Source: a virus
Lineage: Duplodnaviria > Caudoviricetes
Virus record (IMG/VR): IMGVR_UViG_3300030108_000328
Location: 1 to 54,828 of that record
Strand: one strand, 5' to 3'
DNA length: 54,828 nt
Below, piece after piece: positions 45,297 to 54,828 of this stretch (positions are counted from its first letter, which is position 1; every line of letters starts with the position of its first letter). A program made the position numbers and the translations under genes. The notes beneath the pieces were generated by a model. The model made no database searches. It was not told the DNA's origin and worked only from the letters and a program-made list of their open reading frames with translations.

Positions 45297-46067
45297 CTAG
45301 TAACCCTCGTTAAATAATTTAAGTTCTGCTGCTCTTCTTTTTATAAGACCATCACGAACTTTACCACCTGCGTACTTGTATTCTGGCAACATATCAGCAA
45401 TCTCTTCGTCACCTCTTGTGCCGTCCTCTGTTAACTTTCTTAAGTTACCTGCCCCTAAATTATAAGTAAAACTTGTAAGAGCATCCACTTGGTTTTCGTT
45501 CCAGTCATAACCTGCTGTTTCTTTTAGTTTTAAAACAGTTTTACGTGCAGCATCTAAATCTTTTTCTAGAAGTTTTCTAGCTTCTGTTTCAGTTATTGTT
45601 TGATCTTTACTACTAGCTTTTGTTCCATAACCTATAGATGTTTGTTTAAAATCATCGTAAGCAGTTGAACTAAACTTTTCATATTCCATCACAAACTCAA
45701 CTAAGTTAGAGGGTGTTTTAGAACCTTCTTTATTAGGTGAAAATGTGCTTTGCGTAGGCTTTATACCTAACTCTTGTTTTTTTTCTGATAACTCTGGTGC
45801 TTCATCTAAAGCAGCTATAGCTTCCATCCATCCACCTACTGTAGCAAGGAGATTATCAGAATCCTTTTCACTAGAACTTTTTTTAGAAACATTGTCATCT
45901 CTAGTCATACCCTCCCTGACAGTGTCAGCGTCTGGAACTGAAACTTTTTGAGCACCAAGACCTGACCCTGATTTAGCTTTGCCACCTGGTTGTGCAATAT
46001 TCAACTCAGGATTAAGCTGTTGACTTAAATTTCTTTTTGTTATTCTATCTTGTGCTCTACTTAACAT
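45297..46067 (-). CDS. Virion-associated GH24 lysozyme with N-terminal extension
   Basis: E-x8-D...TSIGYG, ALTSFTYNLG, GLIKRRAAE. Confidence 0.88.
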   Translation of the reverse strand: MLSRAQDRITKRNLSQQLNPELNIAQPGGKAKSGSGLGAQKVSVPDADTVREGMTRDDNVSKKSSSEKDSDNLLATVGGWMEAIAALDEAPELSEKKQELGIKPTQSTFSPNKEGSKTPSNLVEFVMEYEKFSSTAYDDFKQTSIGYGTKASSKDQTITETEARKLLEKDLDAARKTVLKLKETAGYDWNENQVDALTSFTYNLGAGNLRKLTEDGTRGDEEIADMLPEYKYAGGKVRDGLIKRRAAELKLFNEGY

Positions 46068-46077
46068 ATTTTAATTC

Positions 46078-49000
46078 CTACTTAAATGGAAGTATACTTA
46101 TGGCTGTGTCAATTATATCAAAAAGACCTCTGCCCTGTTGTTCTGCAGCTTTAATTTGAGCCTGTAACTCTGCCACATCTATTGAAGCATCTGCAGCCAT
46201 CTTCTGAAGTATGATACTGTTAGCTCTTTCAGCGTTACTCTCTGACACTTGGAAAGCCATAGACATTATATCTCTTTCTCTCTGCCATATTGCATCAAGA
46301 TTAGTAGATGTCAAAGCGTTTATAGTCTGAGCAAAAGCCATGTTACTTTCGTTTTGTGCAGCAGTGTTAAGTGTGGCTAAGTTCTGCCTCCACTGAGCGT
46401 TAGCTTGTGCTATCACCAAACCGTTCTGTGCGTTAAACAAGTCTCTTTGCTGTTGTATCTGTGAGTTAAACTCTCTCAGTGCGTTGACACTGTTGACGTT
46501 GAACTGATCCATAGCGTTTGCTTGAACAGCGTTAAACTGTGATGTTTGACCTGCCAGGTTAGCAAAGAACTGATCTGTTTGATTTTGGTTTGCTGCGTTG
46601 AATTGTTCAGCAGCGTTCTCTGCAGCTTGATCAGTAAACAAAGCCTGTATGTTTTGCTGTGCTTTGAACACCTCTGTCTGCTGTCTGTTTGACAGGTTAG
46701 CCATGTCCATCTGTAAGAAGTTAGATGCGTTCTGTACAGCAGCCTGTTGCCTGTTGGATAGGTTAGCCATATCTAGTTGAGATAGAGCAGCAGCCTCTGC
46801 CATTACCATAGACTGTCTGTTAGACAGATTGTTTAAATTTACTGTGTTAGCTGCACGAGAATCCTCAAGAGCTATCTGCTGTTCAGCAGTAAAGTTCATG
46901 TTAGCTATGTCAGAAATCTTAGCTGCATTTTGTACACGAGCCTGAAACGCTTGGTCAAACTCTTGCCCTATAAACTGAGCACGTTGTTGTGCTGCAAGCA
47001 TAGCACGTTGCTGTCTGTTAGACAAGTTCTGTGCTTCAAACTGAGCCTGTGTAGCAGCATCTATTTGTGCGATAGGTATTGCAGACTCCATAGCAGCCTG
47101 TACGATAGCCTGTCCTGCTATAGAGGATGCACCAAGACCTCTTGAGATCATAGCGTTAGTAGCAGATCTCATAGCTCCTGCAGCCCAAGAAGGTGTGTTA
47201 TCACCCTCGAACTGAGCCATCAATCCTTCTAGCTGACCTTGAACTGTAGCCTGTTTACTTGGTGTAGCCTCTTCAGCCTGTTTAGCTTCAGTAAAAGCTG
47301 CAGCAGTCTCAGCGTTAGCAGCACCAGAAATAATCTCACTCTCACCTGATACAGGATCTGTCTCTAGTTTTCTAGCTGTTGGTCCTTCTACTTTTATTGC
47401 TGCACCTTGAGCAGCCTCCATACCTGTCACAGAGGTAGTAGCTTGTTGAGCAGCACCCACTTGTGCTTGCTCTGATAAAGTTCCTTGAGCAGGTTGTAAC
47501 GCACTAGTTGCAGCCTGTACACCTGTAGCTGCAGTAGAAGGTGTCATGGTTGCCGTAGGTGTAGTTAAAGGCATTGGTGCTTGCTGTGTTGTGCCTGTTG
47601 TAGCAGCTTGAGCAAAAGGAGCCATAGGCACAGTCATACCTGCATCTACTGGTATAAACTCTGCAGGTGTAGGTTGTATCCCTGCTATCGGTGCTTGGAT
47701 AGGTTGCATTGTTTGACCTACCAAGTTAGCACTCTGTTGGGCTAGGGGATTATATACAACAGGAGCAGGAGTAGGAGTAGGAGTAGGAGTAGGAGTAGGA
47801 GTAGTTAAACCTACATCGCTTGGATAGGTTGTTGAAAGAGTACCTGCTTGAGCACCCATACGCATACCGCCCATGTTCATCATAGCCTGTCTGTATTTAC
47901 CCATACGTGCAGCAGCAGCAGGACTAGACTGTAAGAAGTTATCAAGCTGATTATCAGGTGCGTCCTCTGGGAAACCTAAAAACTTTCTAGCTAGGGTAAC
48001 ATCCCCACCCTGTGAAAAAAACTTTCCAGGAATAAATCTATCTGGAAAACTATTTTCTGGAGAAGGCTCTTCATATGGAATATCAGAACCAGGAAAAGAT
48101 CTATCTGAAGGAGACTGAGGAGTAGGTTGAGGTGTTGGTTGTTCAACTACTTGTTGTTCTGCTACTGGTGTTTGACGTACAAATCCAGGTGGTATGTAAG
48201 TAATTGGTTTACCGTTAAATTCAGTAACAATTATTGTTTGATTAGTTTGTGGATTTATGTACGGAACTTGCTGATACCCTGAAGTAATCTCCTCACCTGA
48301 TCCTGGAGTAGAGGTAAGCACTGTTTGTGGCACTGCACCTGCAGTACCTGCGTAACTTGTTTTGTAAGTCACTTGTCCAGGAACAGCAGATAGTCCTGCA
48401 GTCTGCACAGGTGTAGCAACAGTTCCTGTCTGAGGCACAGAACCTGGCATTACAAAAGGTGTAGCCTGTGGTGTTTGTGTCTGTACCACAGGAGCTTGTG
48501 TTACAGGTGCAACCTGTTGAACAACAGTCTTTGGTGTGCTTGGATCTATGGGGGCCACTTCACCAGGTTTTAACTGCAACACCTCTGTTGAGGGTGTAGT
48601 CTGCACGATCTCAGGTCTATCCACAGTTCTATCAACAAAAGCTGTGTCTTGCAGACTAGGACTTCCTCCTGCACCTGGACCATCAGTAAGACTAGTATCT
48701 GTAATAGGGGTAGTAGTAGTAGTGTTTGTAGTAGGAGTATCAGTATCAGTAGTTTTATTATCGTCTATATCTAACGAACTTTTAAATCTGTCAAAAGCAC
48801 CTAAAACTCTTTTTTTACCTTTAGATTTTGTACCACCTTCGTCTCTTGCTCTGGTTGAGGCTCTGTAAACACTTTCAACTCTTTCATGAGTGCCATCAGG
48901 GTTTATTTTTTGAATAAAACTAGAGTTCTTACCTCCAACAGCTAAATATTGTGTGCCATCAGCATCTGTAACACTGTCATAAACAGCGTAACCTTTTTGA

Positions 49001-49284
49001 ATTCCCTCTACACCACCTGTGCCAAGAGTTCTGTCATAGTTTGTGTGTTCATACAACATGGGGGCATCTTTACTAGCACCACTATAGTCACCAGTAGTAG
49101 CACCCTTCAAAGCGTTTTCTTGTTTAAGTAACTGAGCACCTGCATTTTGAAGATTCTTTAACTGCTCATTTGCACTAGTCATGTTAGCAGGTATTTGACC
49201 ATAACGATCAGGGGTGTTCATTATTGCAGAGTAGTCTCCGCTTTTAGCAGCCTCTAAAAGTTGCTCATTTGTTGCTTGTGCCAT
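46078..49284 (-). CDS. Internal virion protein with Q/A/N-rich coiled-coil repeats
   Basis: NLSNRQQ-type repeats, P/T-rich linker, variable N-terminus. Confidence 0.7.
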   Translation of the reverse strand: MAQATNEQLLEAAKSGDYSAIMNTPDRYGQIPANMTSANEQLKNLQNAGAQLLKQENALKGATTGDYSGASKDAPMLYEHTNYDRTLGTGGVEGIQKGYAVYDSVTDADGTQYLAVGGKNSSFIQKINPDGTHERVESVYRASTRARDEGGTKSKGKKRVLGAFDRFKSSLDIDDNKTTDTDTPTTNTTTTTPITDTSLTDGPGAGGSPSLQDTAFVDRTVDRPEIVQTTPSTEVLQLKPGEVAPIDPSTPKTVVQQVAPVTQAPVVQTQTPQATPFVMPGSVPQTGTVATPVQTAGLSAVPGQVTYKTSYAGTAGAVPQTVLTSTPGSGEEITSGYQQVPYINPQTNQTIIVTEFNGKPITYIPPGFVRQTPVAEQQVVEQPTPQPTPQSPSDRSFPGSDIPYEEPSPENSFPDRFIPGKFFSQGGDVTLARKFLGFPEDAPDNQLDNFLQSSPAAAARMGKYRQAMMNMGGMRMGAQAGTLSTTYPSDVGLTTPTPTPTPTPTPAPVVYNPLAQQSANLVGQTMQPIQAPIAGIQPTPAEFIPVDAGMTVPMAPFAQAATTGTTQQAPMPLTTPTATMTPSTAATGVQAATSALQPAQGTLSEQAQVGAAQQATTSVTGMEAAQGAAIKVEGPTARKLETDPVSGESEIISGAANAETAAAFTEAKQAEEATPSKQATVQGQLEGLMAQFEGDNTPSWAAGAMRSATNAMISRGLGASSIAGQAIVQAAMESAIPIAQIDAATQAQFEAQNLSNRQQRAMLAAQQRAQFIGQEFDQAFQARVQNAAKISDIANMNFTAEQQIALEDSRAANTVNLNNLSNRQSMVMAEAAALSQLDMANLSNRQQAAVQNASNFLQMDMANLSNRQQTEVFKAQQNIQALFTDQAAENAAEQFNAANQNQTDQFFANLAGQTSQFNAVQANAMDQFNVNSVNALREFNSQIQQQRDLFNAQNGLVIAQANAQWRQNLATLNTAAQNESNMAFAQTINALTSTNLDAIWQRERDIMSMAFQVSESNAERANSIILQKMAADASIDVAELQAQIKAAEQQGRGLFDIIDTAISILPFK
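47761..47803. repeat. (AGGAGT)n hexamer repeat encoding a Thr-Pro linker
   Basis: Read directly. Confidence 0.9.
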
Positions 49285-49294
49285 ACTTTATTCC

Positions 49295-49549
49295 TTATTT
49301 ACCCATTGTCATCCACACTGCACCTGCAATAAACGTCAGCAGTGCGACAGTGGTTACTTTAACTATTGTTGACCAGACAGATTTACGTGTGTCTCTCCAA
49401 GCCTCTAACAAACTTCTCATCTCTATAATATCTCTAGCTGCATCATCATCAAGCAAACCTATAGAACGCAGAGCCTCCTTTGCCCCACGTCTAGCTGCGT
49501 TGTCTAACATCTCCTCTAGATCATCAGGAGTAAGTTTGATGTCAGCCAT
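49295..49549 (-). CDS. DUF6127-like small membrane protein
   Basis: AARRGAKEAL..IGL.D..A..DI.E.RSLLEAWR plus C-terminal TM. Confidence 0.65.
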   Translation of the reverse strand: MADIKLTPDDLEEMLDNAARRGAKEALRSIGLLDDDAARDIIEMRSLLEAWRDTRKSVWSTIVKVTTVALLTFIAGAVWMTMGK

Positions 49550-50405
49550 CTGTCTTATCCTCTAGCTGTGGTGTGTTTGTTAAAGATGTTTTATCTAATA
49601 TGTTAAATCCACGACTGTTAGCAAAGTCACCTGGACAGTGCGCCCACTTGTCTGCACAAGCCTCTAGCCACTGTACTGTGTGGTGATGCTCTGGTGCTTT
49701 ACCTTCCTGTATTACTTTGTTTTCCCACTCTAGGTAAGCAAACACTTCAGCCTGTGCCTGTGCTGCGTTGATACCTAAATCAAACAAGTAGATCATGTTA
49801 CCTTCATCAATAACACCCTGTCGTGGTCTTGCACTGTTGAGTGCTTGTTTCATGCAGGTCATAATGTGATACTTAATTTCTTCTAACTCGTAATCTTCTT
49901 CTGTCAGTTCCTCTTTACCTATCTTTTCCATTAGGTTGTCGTACTGATTCGTAAAGAAGTTTAGCTTACGTACTGCACCTTCAACATAACCACGAGAGCT
50001 TGCAGCCTGTGCTTGCTTCTCTGTTATCTTAATCTCTAACATCTCTTGCTCTAGTGGGTCAGTCTCATCCAGTAGTTTACGTTCTAGCTTCTTTAGTTTT
50101 ACTTCATCCTTCTTCATCTTAAAGTAAGACTCTTGTAGTGCAGCTTTAGTTTTTTCTATCTCAGCTAGACTGTGTTTGATAGAACGGATAGGTGTAATAG
50201 CTGTAACGTCCAGTGTTACACTCATCATCTGTGAGTGAGACTTATAGAAGTTGCTTGATGCCTGTCGTATAGCAGGAGCATGATCTTTAATGTTAGCCAA
50301 CATAGATTTGTATTCAGGCTTTGACATTGGTAGCTGAATGTCTATGTCTTGTGTGACCAGTTGTGTCTGATCCTCATTGTAAGTTTTTGATAAGTCTTTT
50401 AACAT
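49542..50405 (-). CDS. Coiled-coil hypothetical protein in tail-fibre cassette
   Basis: 287 aa, AAGGA SD. Confidence 0.75.
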   Translation of the reverse strand: MLKDLSKTYNEDQTQLVTQDIDIQLPMSKPEYKSMLANIKDHAPAIRQASSNFYKSHSQMMSVTLDVTAITPIRSIKHSLAEIEKTKAALQESYFKMKKDEVKLKKLERKLLDETDPLEQEMLEIKITEKQAQAASSRGYVEGAVRKLNFFTNQYDNLMEKIGKEELTEEDYELEEIKYHIMTCMKQALNSARPRQGVIDEGNMIYLFDLGINAAQAQAEVFAYLEWENKVIQEGKAPEHHHTVQWLEACADKWAHCPGDFANSRGFNILDKTSLTNTPQLEDKTDG

Positions 50406-50420
50406 TTTATTCCTTTGTTG

Positions 50421-52526
50421 TTATGCTATTGCGTAGAAGATATATGTTTCACCAGATTCATTTAAAACTACCCCTCCAGTTTGATTAATTGTAAAACCAC
50501 TTTCAAGAGGATCTATAAAATCATATCCACCACCTTCAGCATTAGTTACGTCAAGTCTTAAATAACTATCATTACCTGCAACAAGCCCACGATATGTATC
50601 AAAAATTACCCAACTACCTGTAGCATCTACATTTTTGATTAAAACAAACTTAGCACCAGTGCCGCCACTAAAACCACAGTCTATGTTTTGACTAGAGCCG
50701 TTTCCAGTATAGCTTCCCAACTTGGATACACCTGCTGCAGTAGCAAAAAGGTAGGCAATATAGGTTTTTGAACTTCCATTTGTTTTTCCTGCTGTTCCTA
50801 CAGTAAATACTGACGATGTTGGTGCAGTGTCATTCCAAAAGTTTGCTGAGTTTACTCTTGATGCGGTATCATTTAAATATATACCATAGTCTTCAGGAGC
50901 ACTACTATCTATGTTGTTATGATACACAGCCCAATCCTGACTGTCACTACGACATTTCACCCACATCATCTCAGGTGCAACCCCAAGATTATGAGCTACA
51001 GTTCTTGCACTTCCTGTGCCTGTGTATGCTACAACGTCACAAAAACCTCTGGCTCTTTTCCAATGAAGATCAAAAGCAGGTTGATTACCCCAAAGGTCTT
51101 TCCACTTTATACCGTCTTGATGATCTAATTCCATATAACTAGAATAATCATCAGACTGAACGGCATTAGAATTTGTTTTAAGTATACGATTACCCATAAG
51201 TCTTGTTGCAACTGTTTTATTACCTGTTTCATCTGTTTTTGATGTAATTGCAAAATCAGTTGTAAAACCAGGAGAAACAATAACATTACTAGAATCATTT
51301 GGATGGTTTACTACATTAAACACATCAGAAGCTAAAGTTGGGGTTTGCATACCACCACGTCTGATTGCCATGTAGATGTAGTTATGCCCAGACTGGTTGT
51401 TTTGAGCACCCGACCCACTAACTCTGAAACCAGTAGATGTTGCAGAATGAGACTCAACTCCCAGATTGTTACTTTCCGTTCCCTCTGCTGAACTTGAATC
51501 AGCATATAGATAACCATCAGACGTATCAAGGCTCATTCCTCTCATGTTGTCTATTATGTACCATCCAGCACTATTGGATGTGTTTTTTATAAGAACCCAC
51601 TGGCTTTCAAATCCTAAATTTATATCTTGAGAAGAACTATCACTAGAACCATTCCCAGTATAACTCCCACACTTGATAATATCCTGATCTCCAGGTTCAC
51701 CAAACCCACCGTCATCATTGTTGTGTGCGAATAGGTAGGCTACATAACCACCTCCAACTTCACCAGAAACTTGGTTATTACCACCAACAAAAAACTGTGT
51801 TGAAGTAGGCGTTAAGTAATTGCTTCCATTACCAAAAAGACCTGCGCTGTCCGTTTTAGCTGCTGTAGTGTTTAGCTTAATATAGTCGGTACTACCTGTA
51901 AACTCTCTGTGCCAAACAGCCCAGTCATATGTTGCGCTTGTAGATTTAACGATAATCATACCTGGAACTTGACCAAGGTTGTGGTCAATAGTCATTGCAC
52001 TTCCAGTACCTGTCCACGTCACAACATCAAAAAATTTAGGCTGCTTCCTAAAGGTCCACCCTACATATTCGTAAGTATTGCCATTAACAGCAGTTGAGCT
52101 ACCTAAAGCAAAACCATTTGAGTTAAATGCACTTAATCCATCAGCTAGTTCAGATTGTGCATTTGTATCATCAGACAATAATCTATAAGCAAAGCTCGAT
52201 CCTTTTCCTCTTACAGTATCAAAAAGACCGTTAACAAGTGCTTGATCTCGTGATTTAATCCAAACTAAACCACCTTTATTAGATAGATCAATATTATTTG
52301 TAATTGTTTGAGTTGAACCATTACCATCCCACAAATCACAAGAAAACAAAGCATCAACAAAAGCAGCAGGGTCAATGTTAGCTGCGTTAGGCCAGTTACC
52401 ACCTTTGATAAGATCTAGTGCTTCATTAATATCCCACACACCTGACGCTTTACTAGTTTTAAAGTTACCATCAGGTACTACTTTACTAGCAGATATAACG
52501 TTAGCTGTGAAGTCTCTAGTTGTCAT
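50421..52526 (-). CDS. Putative receptor-binding / tail fibre protein with duplicated domain
   Basis: Two copies of DVV..TGTG...HNLG..P.M..VK and GSYTGNG...GF...VLIK modules. Confidence 0.7.
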   Translation of the reverse strand: MTTRDFTANVISASKVVPDGNFKTSKASGVWDINEALDLIKGGNWPNAANIDPAAFVDALFSCDLWDGNGSTQTITNNIDLSNKGGLVWIKSRDQALVNGLFDTVRGKGSSFAYRLLSDDTNAQSELADGLSAFNSNGFALGSSTAVNGNTYEYVGWTFRKQPKFFDVVTWTGTGSAMTIDHNLGQVPGMIIVKSTSATYDWAVWHREFTGSTDYIKLNTTAAKTDSAGLFGNGSNYLTPTSTQFFVGGNNQVSGEVGGGYVAYLFAHNNDDGGFGEPGDQDIIKCGSYTGNGSSDSSSQDINLGFESQWVLIKNTSNSAGWYIIDNMRGMSLDTSDGYLYADSSSAEGTESNNLGVESHSATSTGFRVSGSGAQNNQSGHNYIYMAIRRGGMQTPTLASDVFNVVNHPNDSSNVIVSPGFTTDFAITSKTDETGNKTVATRLMGNRILKTNSNAVQSDDYSSYMELDHQDGIKWKDLWGNQPAFDLHWKRARGFCDVVAYTGTGSARTVAHNLGVAPEMMWVKCRSDSQDWAVYHNNIDSSAPEDYGIYLNDTASRVNSANFWNDTAPTSSVFTVGTAGKTNGSSKTYIAYLFATAAGVSKLGSYTGNGSSQNIDCGFSGGTGAKFVLIKNVDATGSWVIFDTYRGLVAGNDSYLRLDVTNAEGGGYDFIDPLESGFTINQTGGVVLNESGETYIFYAIA

Positions 52527-53461
52527 TATTGAAGTCCTCCATGAGCAGAACTAAACCCACTATTACAGCTATCTGTAGTTGCTAATAAATTACCAAAACT
52601 AGCAGAGTTACCTGCACTAGCTATTGTTATAAACTCTATTGATGAACGCAAACCAGAACTGTCACCTCCTCCCATAACTCCACGAGTTGCATTAGAAGTA
52701 GATGCAAGCCTACGTGTAGCTGCTGAAAGATCACCAAAATCAGTAACGTTACCAGTAGTGTCTGTAGTAACAAACTCTAGTACATTAGAGTTATAACCCC
52801 CTGTAAAAACAGTTCTAGTTGCATTAGAAAGAGCATCACCTTGTTGTCTAGCAGAACTCAAGTCACCAAAGTCTGTGGAGTTACCTGTAGAACTTATAGT
52901 AAAATATTGAATACGGTCAGTAGCACTTGATTCAATACCACCACCTACTAACATACGGACACTACTTCCTGCTCCTGAAGGAGAGGTATTTGCTGCTGCA
53001 AGGTCACCGAAGTCTGTAGCATTACCTGCACTAGCTATTGTTACGTAATCTACCACATCTGATTTACTACCTGTATCACCACCTGCAACCATACCTCTAG
53101 TAGAACTTGAGTGACCTGCACACTCTTCTCTAGCCACTGTTAAATCACCGAAGTCTGTAGCATCTCCTGTAGTTACAAAAGTTATAAAATCTATTATGTT
53201 TACTGGGCCACCATCACCGCCTCCAACTACACCTCTGGTTGTACTACCAAAACCTGCACCTTTACCTCTTTGAGTTGTAAAATCACCGAAGTCTGTAGAG
53301 TTACCTGCTGTAGCTATACTAAATGTTTGTAGCCCACTAGCGTTACTAATAATAGCAATACCATTTGCAGTACGAGTTGCAGGACTTATATTATCTGCAC
53401 TCCAATCTGAAGAGTATTGTATTTGTGTTGTGAGTGACCACACGCCATTATAGTTAGGCAT
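52526..53461 (-). CDS. Beta-propeller protein with TGNxTDFGDL repeats
   Basis: Six ~45-aa repeats. Confidence 0.75.
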   Translation of the reverse strand: MPNYNGVWSLTTQIQYSSDWSADNISPATRTANGIAIISNASGLQTFSIATAGNSTDFGDFTTQRGKGAGFGSTTRGVVGGGDGGPVNIIDFITFVTTGDATDFGDLTVAREECAGHSSSTRGMVAGGDTGSKSDVVDYVTIASAGNATDFGDLAAANTSPSGAGSSVRMLVGGGIESSATDRIQYFTISSTGNSTDFGDLSSARQQGDALSNATRTVFTGGYNSNVLEFVTTDTTGNVTDFGDLSAATRRLASTSNATRGVMGGGDSSGLRSSIEFITIASAGNSASFGNLLATTDSCNSGFSSAHGGLQ

Positions 53462-54672
53462 TAACCTAGTCCTCCATGTACAGATGAAGCACCACCATTT
53501 ATTAATCTACGTGCTACAGTAAGATCACCAAAGTCTGTAGCATTTCCTGTCGTACCAATTGTTATTTGATCTATTATATTTGTAACCCCTGCACCAATAT
53601 TGTTCAACGCTATACCCATTTTTGTAGATCCTGTAACACCACCAGTACATTCACAATTTTGAGTTAAGTTACCAAAGTCAGTGGTATTACCTGTTGAACC
53701 TATAGTTATGTACTCAATTGTATCACTAGATCCATTTGAGACATTAGCAAAAATACCTCTTGTAGCACTACTACCACTCGCCATAGCACCTGTGTTAGTA
53801 CCAAGTGACCCAAAATTAGTTGAGTTTCCTGTTGAAGATATAGTAATGTACTCCATAGGAACTCCTTGACCGTTGGAAACACTTCCAAATACGCCCCTTG
53901 TTGAAGAAGAAACACCTGCCATTTGTTCACAATTTGTGCTTGTATCACCAAAGTCTGTTGCATTACCTGTTGATGCTATTGTTACATATTGGATTACATT
54001 TGTGCTGTCACCCCCACAACAAACACCTCTTGTAGAACTTCCTACTGCTGCACTTTTTGTGGGTGTATTAGCTAAGTCTCCAAAATCTGCAGCGTTACCA
54101 GTTGAAGCAAGACCTATGTATTGTATTACATTAGTTTTTGCACTAGGTGTTTCACCACTAAATATAAGTGCTCTTGTACTTGACCCTACATTTCCATTTG
54201 CACCCTCTATCATTCCTTGAGTAAGATCACCCCAATCACTTGCATTACCTGCACTTAAAAGATTTATATAATCAATTATATTTGTATTAGTGTTACCACT
54301 CCCAGGGTTATAGTATCCTCCACAAAACAAACCATATTGAGGAGCAAGAGGAGCTACCGCAGAACTAGCATCACTGGGAGCAGATGTGCCATAAGCGTTA
54401 ATAGCCCATACTTTAGCCGTATAAGATGTACCGTTAGTCAAACTACTTACAACAATAGGAGAAGATGAACCTGTGTTAGAACCCCCACTATAATCTGTGC
54501 CATCTGTGCTAACCTGTGCAACAAACCCTGTGATAGCAGACGTGCCTGTATCAGTAGGAGCAGTAAACGCTATACTAAGTTGTGCATTACCTGCAGTGGG
54601 TGTAACATCTGTGGGTGGATCAGGTGCATCTAATCCATCAGTGCCTATAAAACCACCGTTGTATTTGGGCAT
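53461..54672 (-). CDS. FN3 domain + DFGDL beta-propeller protein
   Basis: PDPPT...LTNGTSY..KVWAINAYGTSAPS (FN3) then six repeats. Confidence 0.78.
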   Translation of the reverse strand: MPKYNGGFIGTDGLDAPDPPTDVTPTAGNAQLSIAFTAPTDTGTSAITGFVAQVSTDGTDYSGGSNTGSSSPIVVSSLTNGTSYTAKVWAINAYGTSAPSDASSAVAPLAPQYGLFCGGYYNPGSGNTNTNIIDYINLLSAGNASDWGDLTQGMIEGANGNVGSSTRALIFSGETPSAKTNVIQYIGLASTGNAADFGDLANTPTKSAAVGSSTRGVCCGGDSTNVIQYVTIASTGNATDFGDTSTNCEQMAGVSSSTRGVFGSVSNGQGVPMEYITISSTGNSTNFGSLGTNTGAMASGSSATRGIFANVSNGSSDTIEYITIGSTGNTTDFGNLTQNCECTGGVTGSTKMGIALNNIGAGVTNIIDQITIGTTGNATDFGDLTVARRLINGGASSVHGGLG

Positions 54673-54828
54673 TATTAATTACCTTTAGTCTACTAGAAGT
54701 TCGTAACTAACCAAGTATGTTAGATCACTGTTAGCAGATGCTGTAACAGCGAGTAGATCTGTCTCGTCTAAATAAAATCCGTTGTCTTTACCTACAACAA
54801 CTAGAGTTGCATCAGCAGGTACAGATAT
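54591..54828. repeat. Terminal overlap copy 2 (matches 1-238)
   Basis: Direct comparison. Confidence 0.95.

Larger units (their letters stand above)
1..54828. mobile_element. Complete (circularly permuted) lytic dsDNA phage genome, podovirus-like, T7/SIO1-type replication module, no RNA polymerase
   Basis: TerL, portal, capsid, tail, lysis and replication genes present; two divergent arms; ends overlap; no cellular housekeeping genes. Confidence 0.95.

Noticed and set aside
47761-47803. Phase-variable contingency repeat
   Set aside because: Hexamer unit preserves frame; it only changes Thr-Pro linker length
52526-54672. Diversity-generating retroelement
   Set aside because: No reverse transcriptase and no TR/VR pair with adenine-specific differences; the repeats are propeller blades

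Overview
The window is essentially one complete, circularly permuted genome (~54.6 kb) of a lytic marine podovirus-type phage. Its ends overlap by 238 bp with 8 mismatches. A + strand arm (~23.7-40.1 kb) holds ~30 small early genes and a T7/SIO1-like replication block: primase-helicase, PolA, SSB, RecE-like nuclease, endonuclease I, MazG-like protein, class II RNR and DUF3310. I recognise no RNA polymerase or integrase. A - strand arm holds lysis genes (holin-like protein, M15 endolysin, u-spanin), a cluster of small basic proteins, TerS/TerL, portal, scaffold, capsid, tail adaptor/nozzle, tail fibres, internal virion proteins and a virion lysozyme. DUF1127, a DUF6127-like gene, B12-dependent RNR and a GAAC-N7-GAAC box suggest an alphaproteobacterial (Roseobacter-like) host; this is inference. 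Most interesting signals: (1) a recurrent x-x-x-GG peptide tag in six late proteins, apparently delimiting variable cargo modules, one with a colicin-M-like DxYDFN motif; (2) four copies of a C(Y)AC/CC internal-loop RNA motif in the scaffold and capsid leaders; (3) a twin-hairpin RNA after ssb whose near-identical loops are antisense to an RBS and a start codon, in a genome that also has an unannotated DUF1127 gene; (4) a PolA with paired E710Q/Y766L-equivalent substitutions; (5) a ~1 kb control region packed with palindromic operator arrays. All family assignments come from motif recognition, not database searches.
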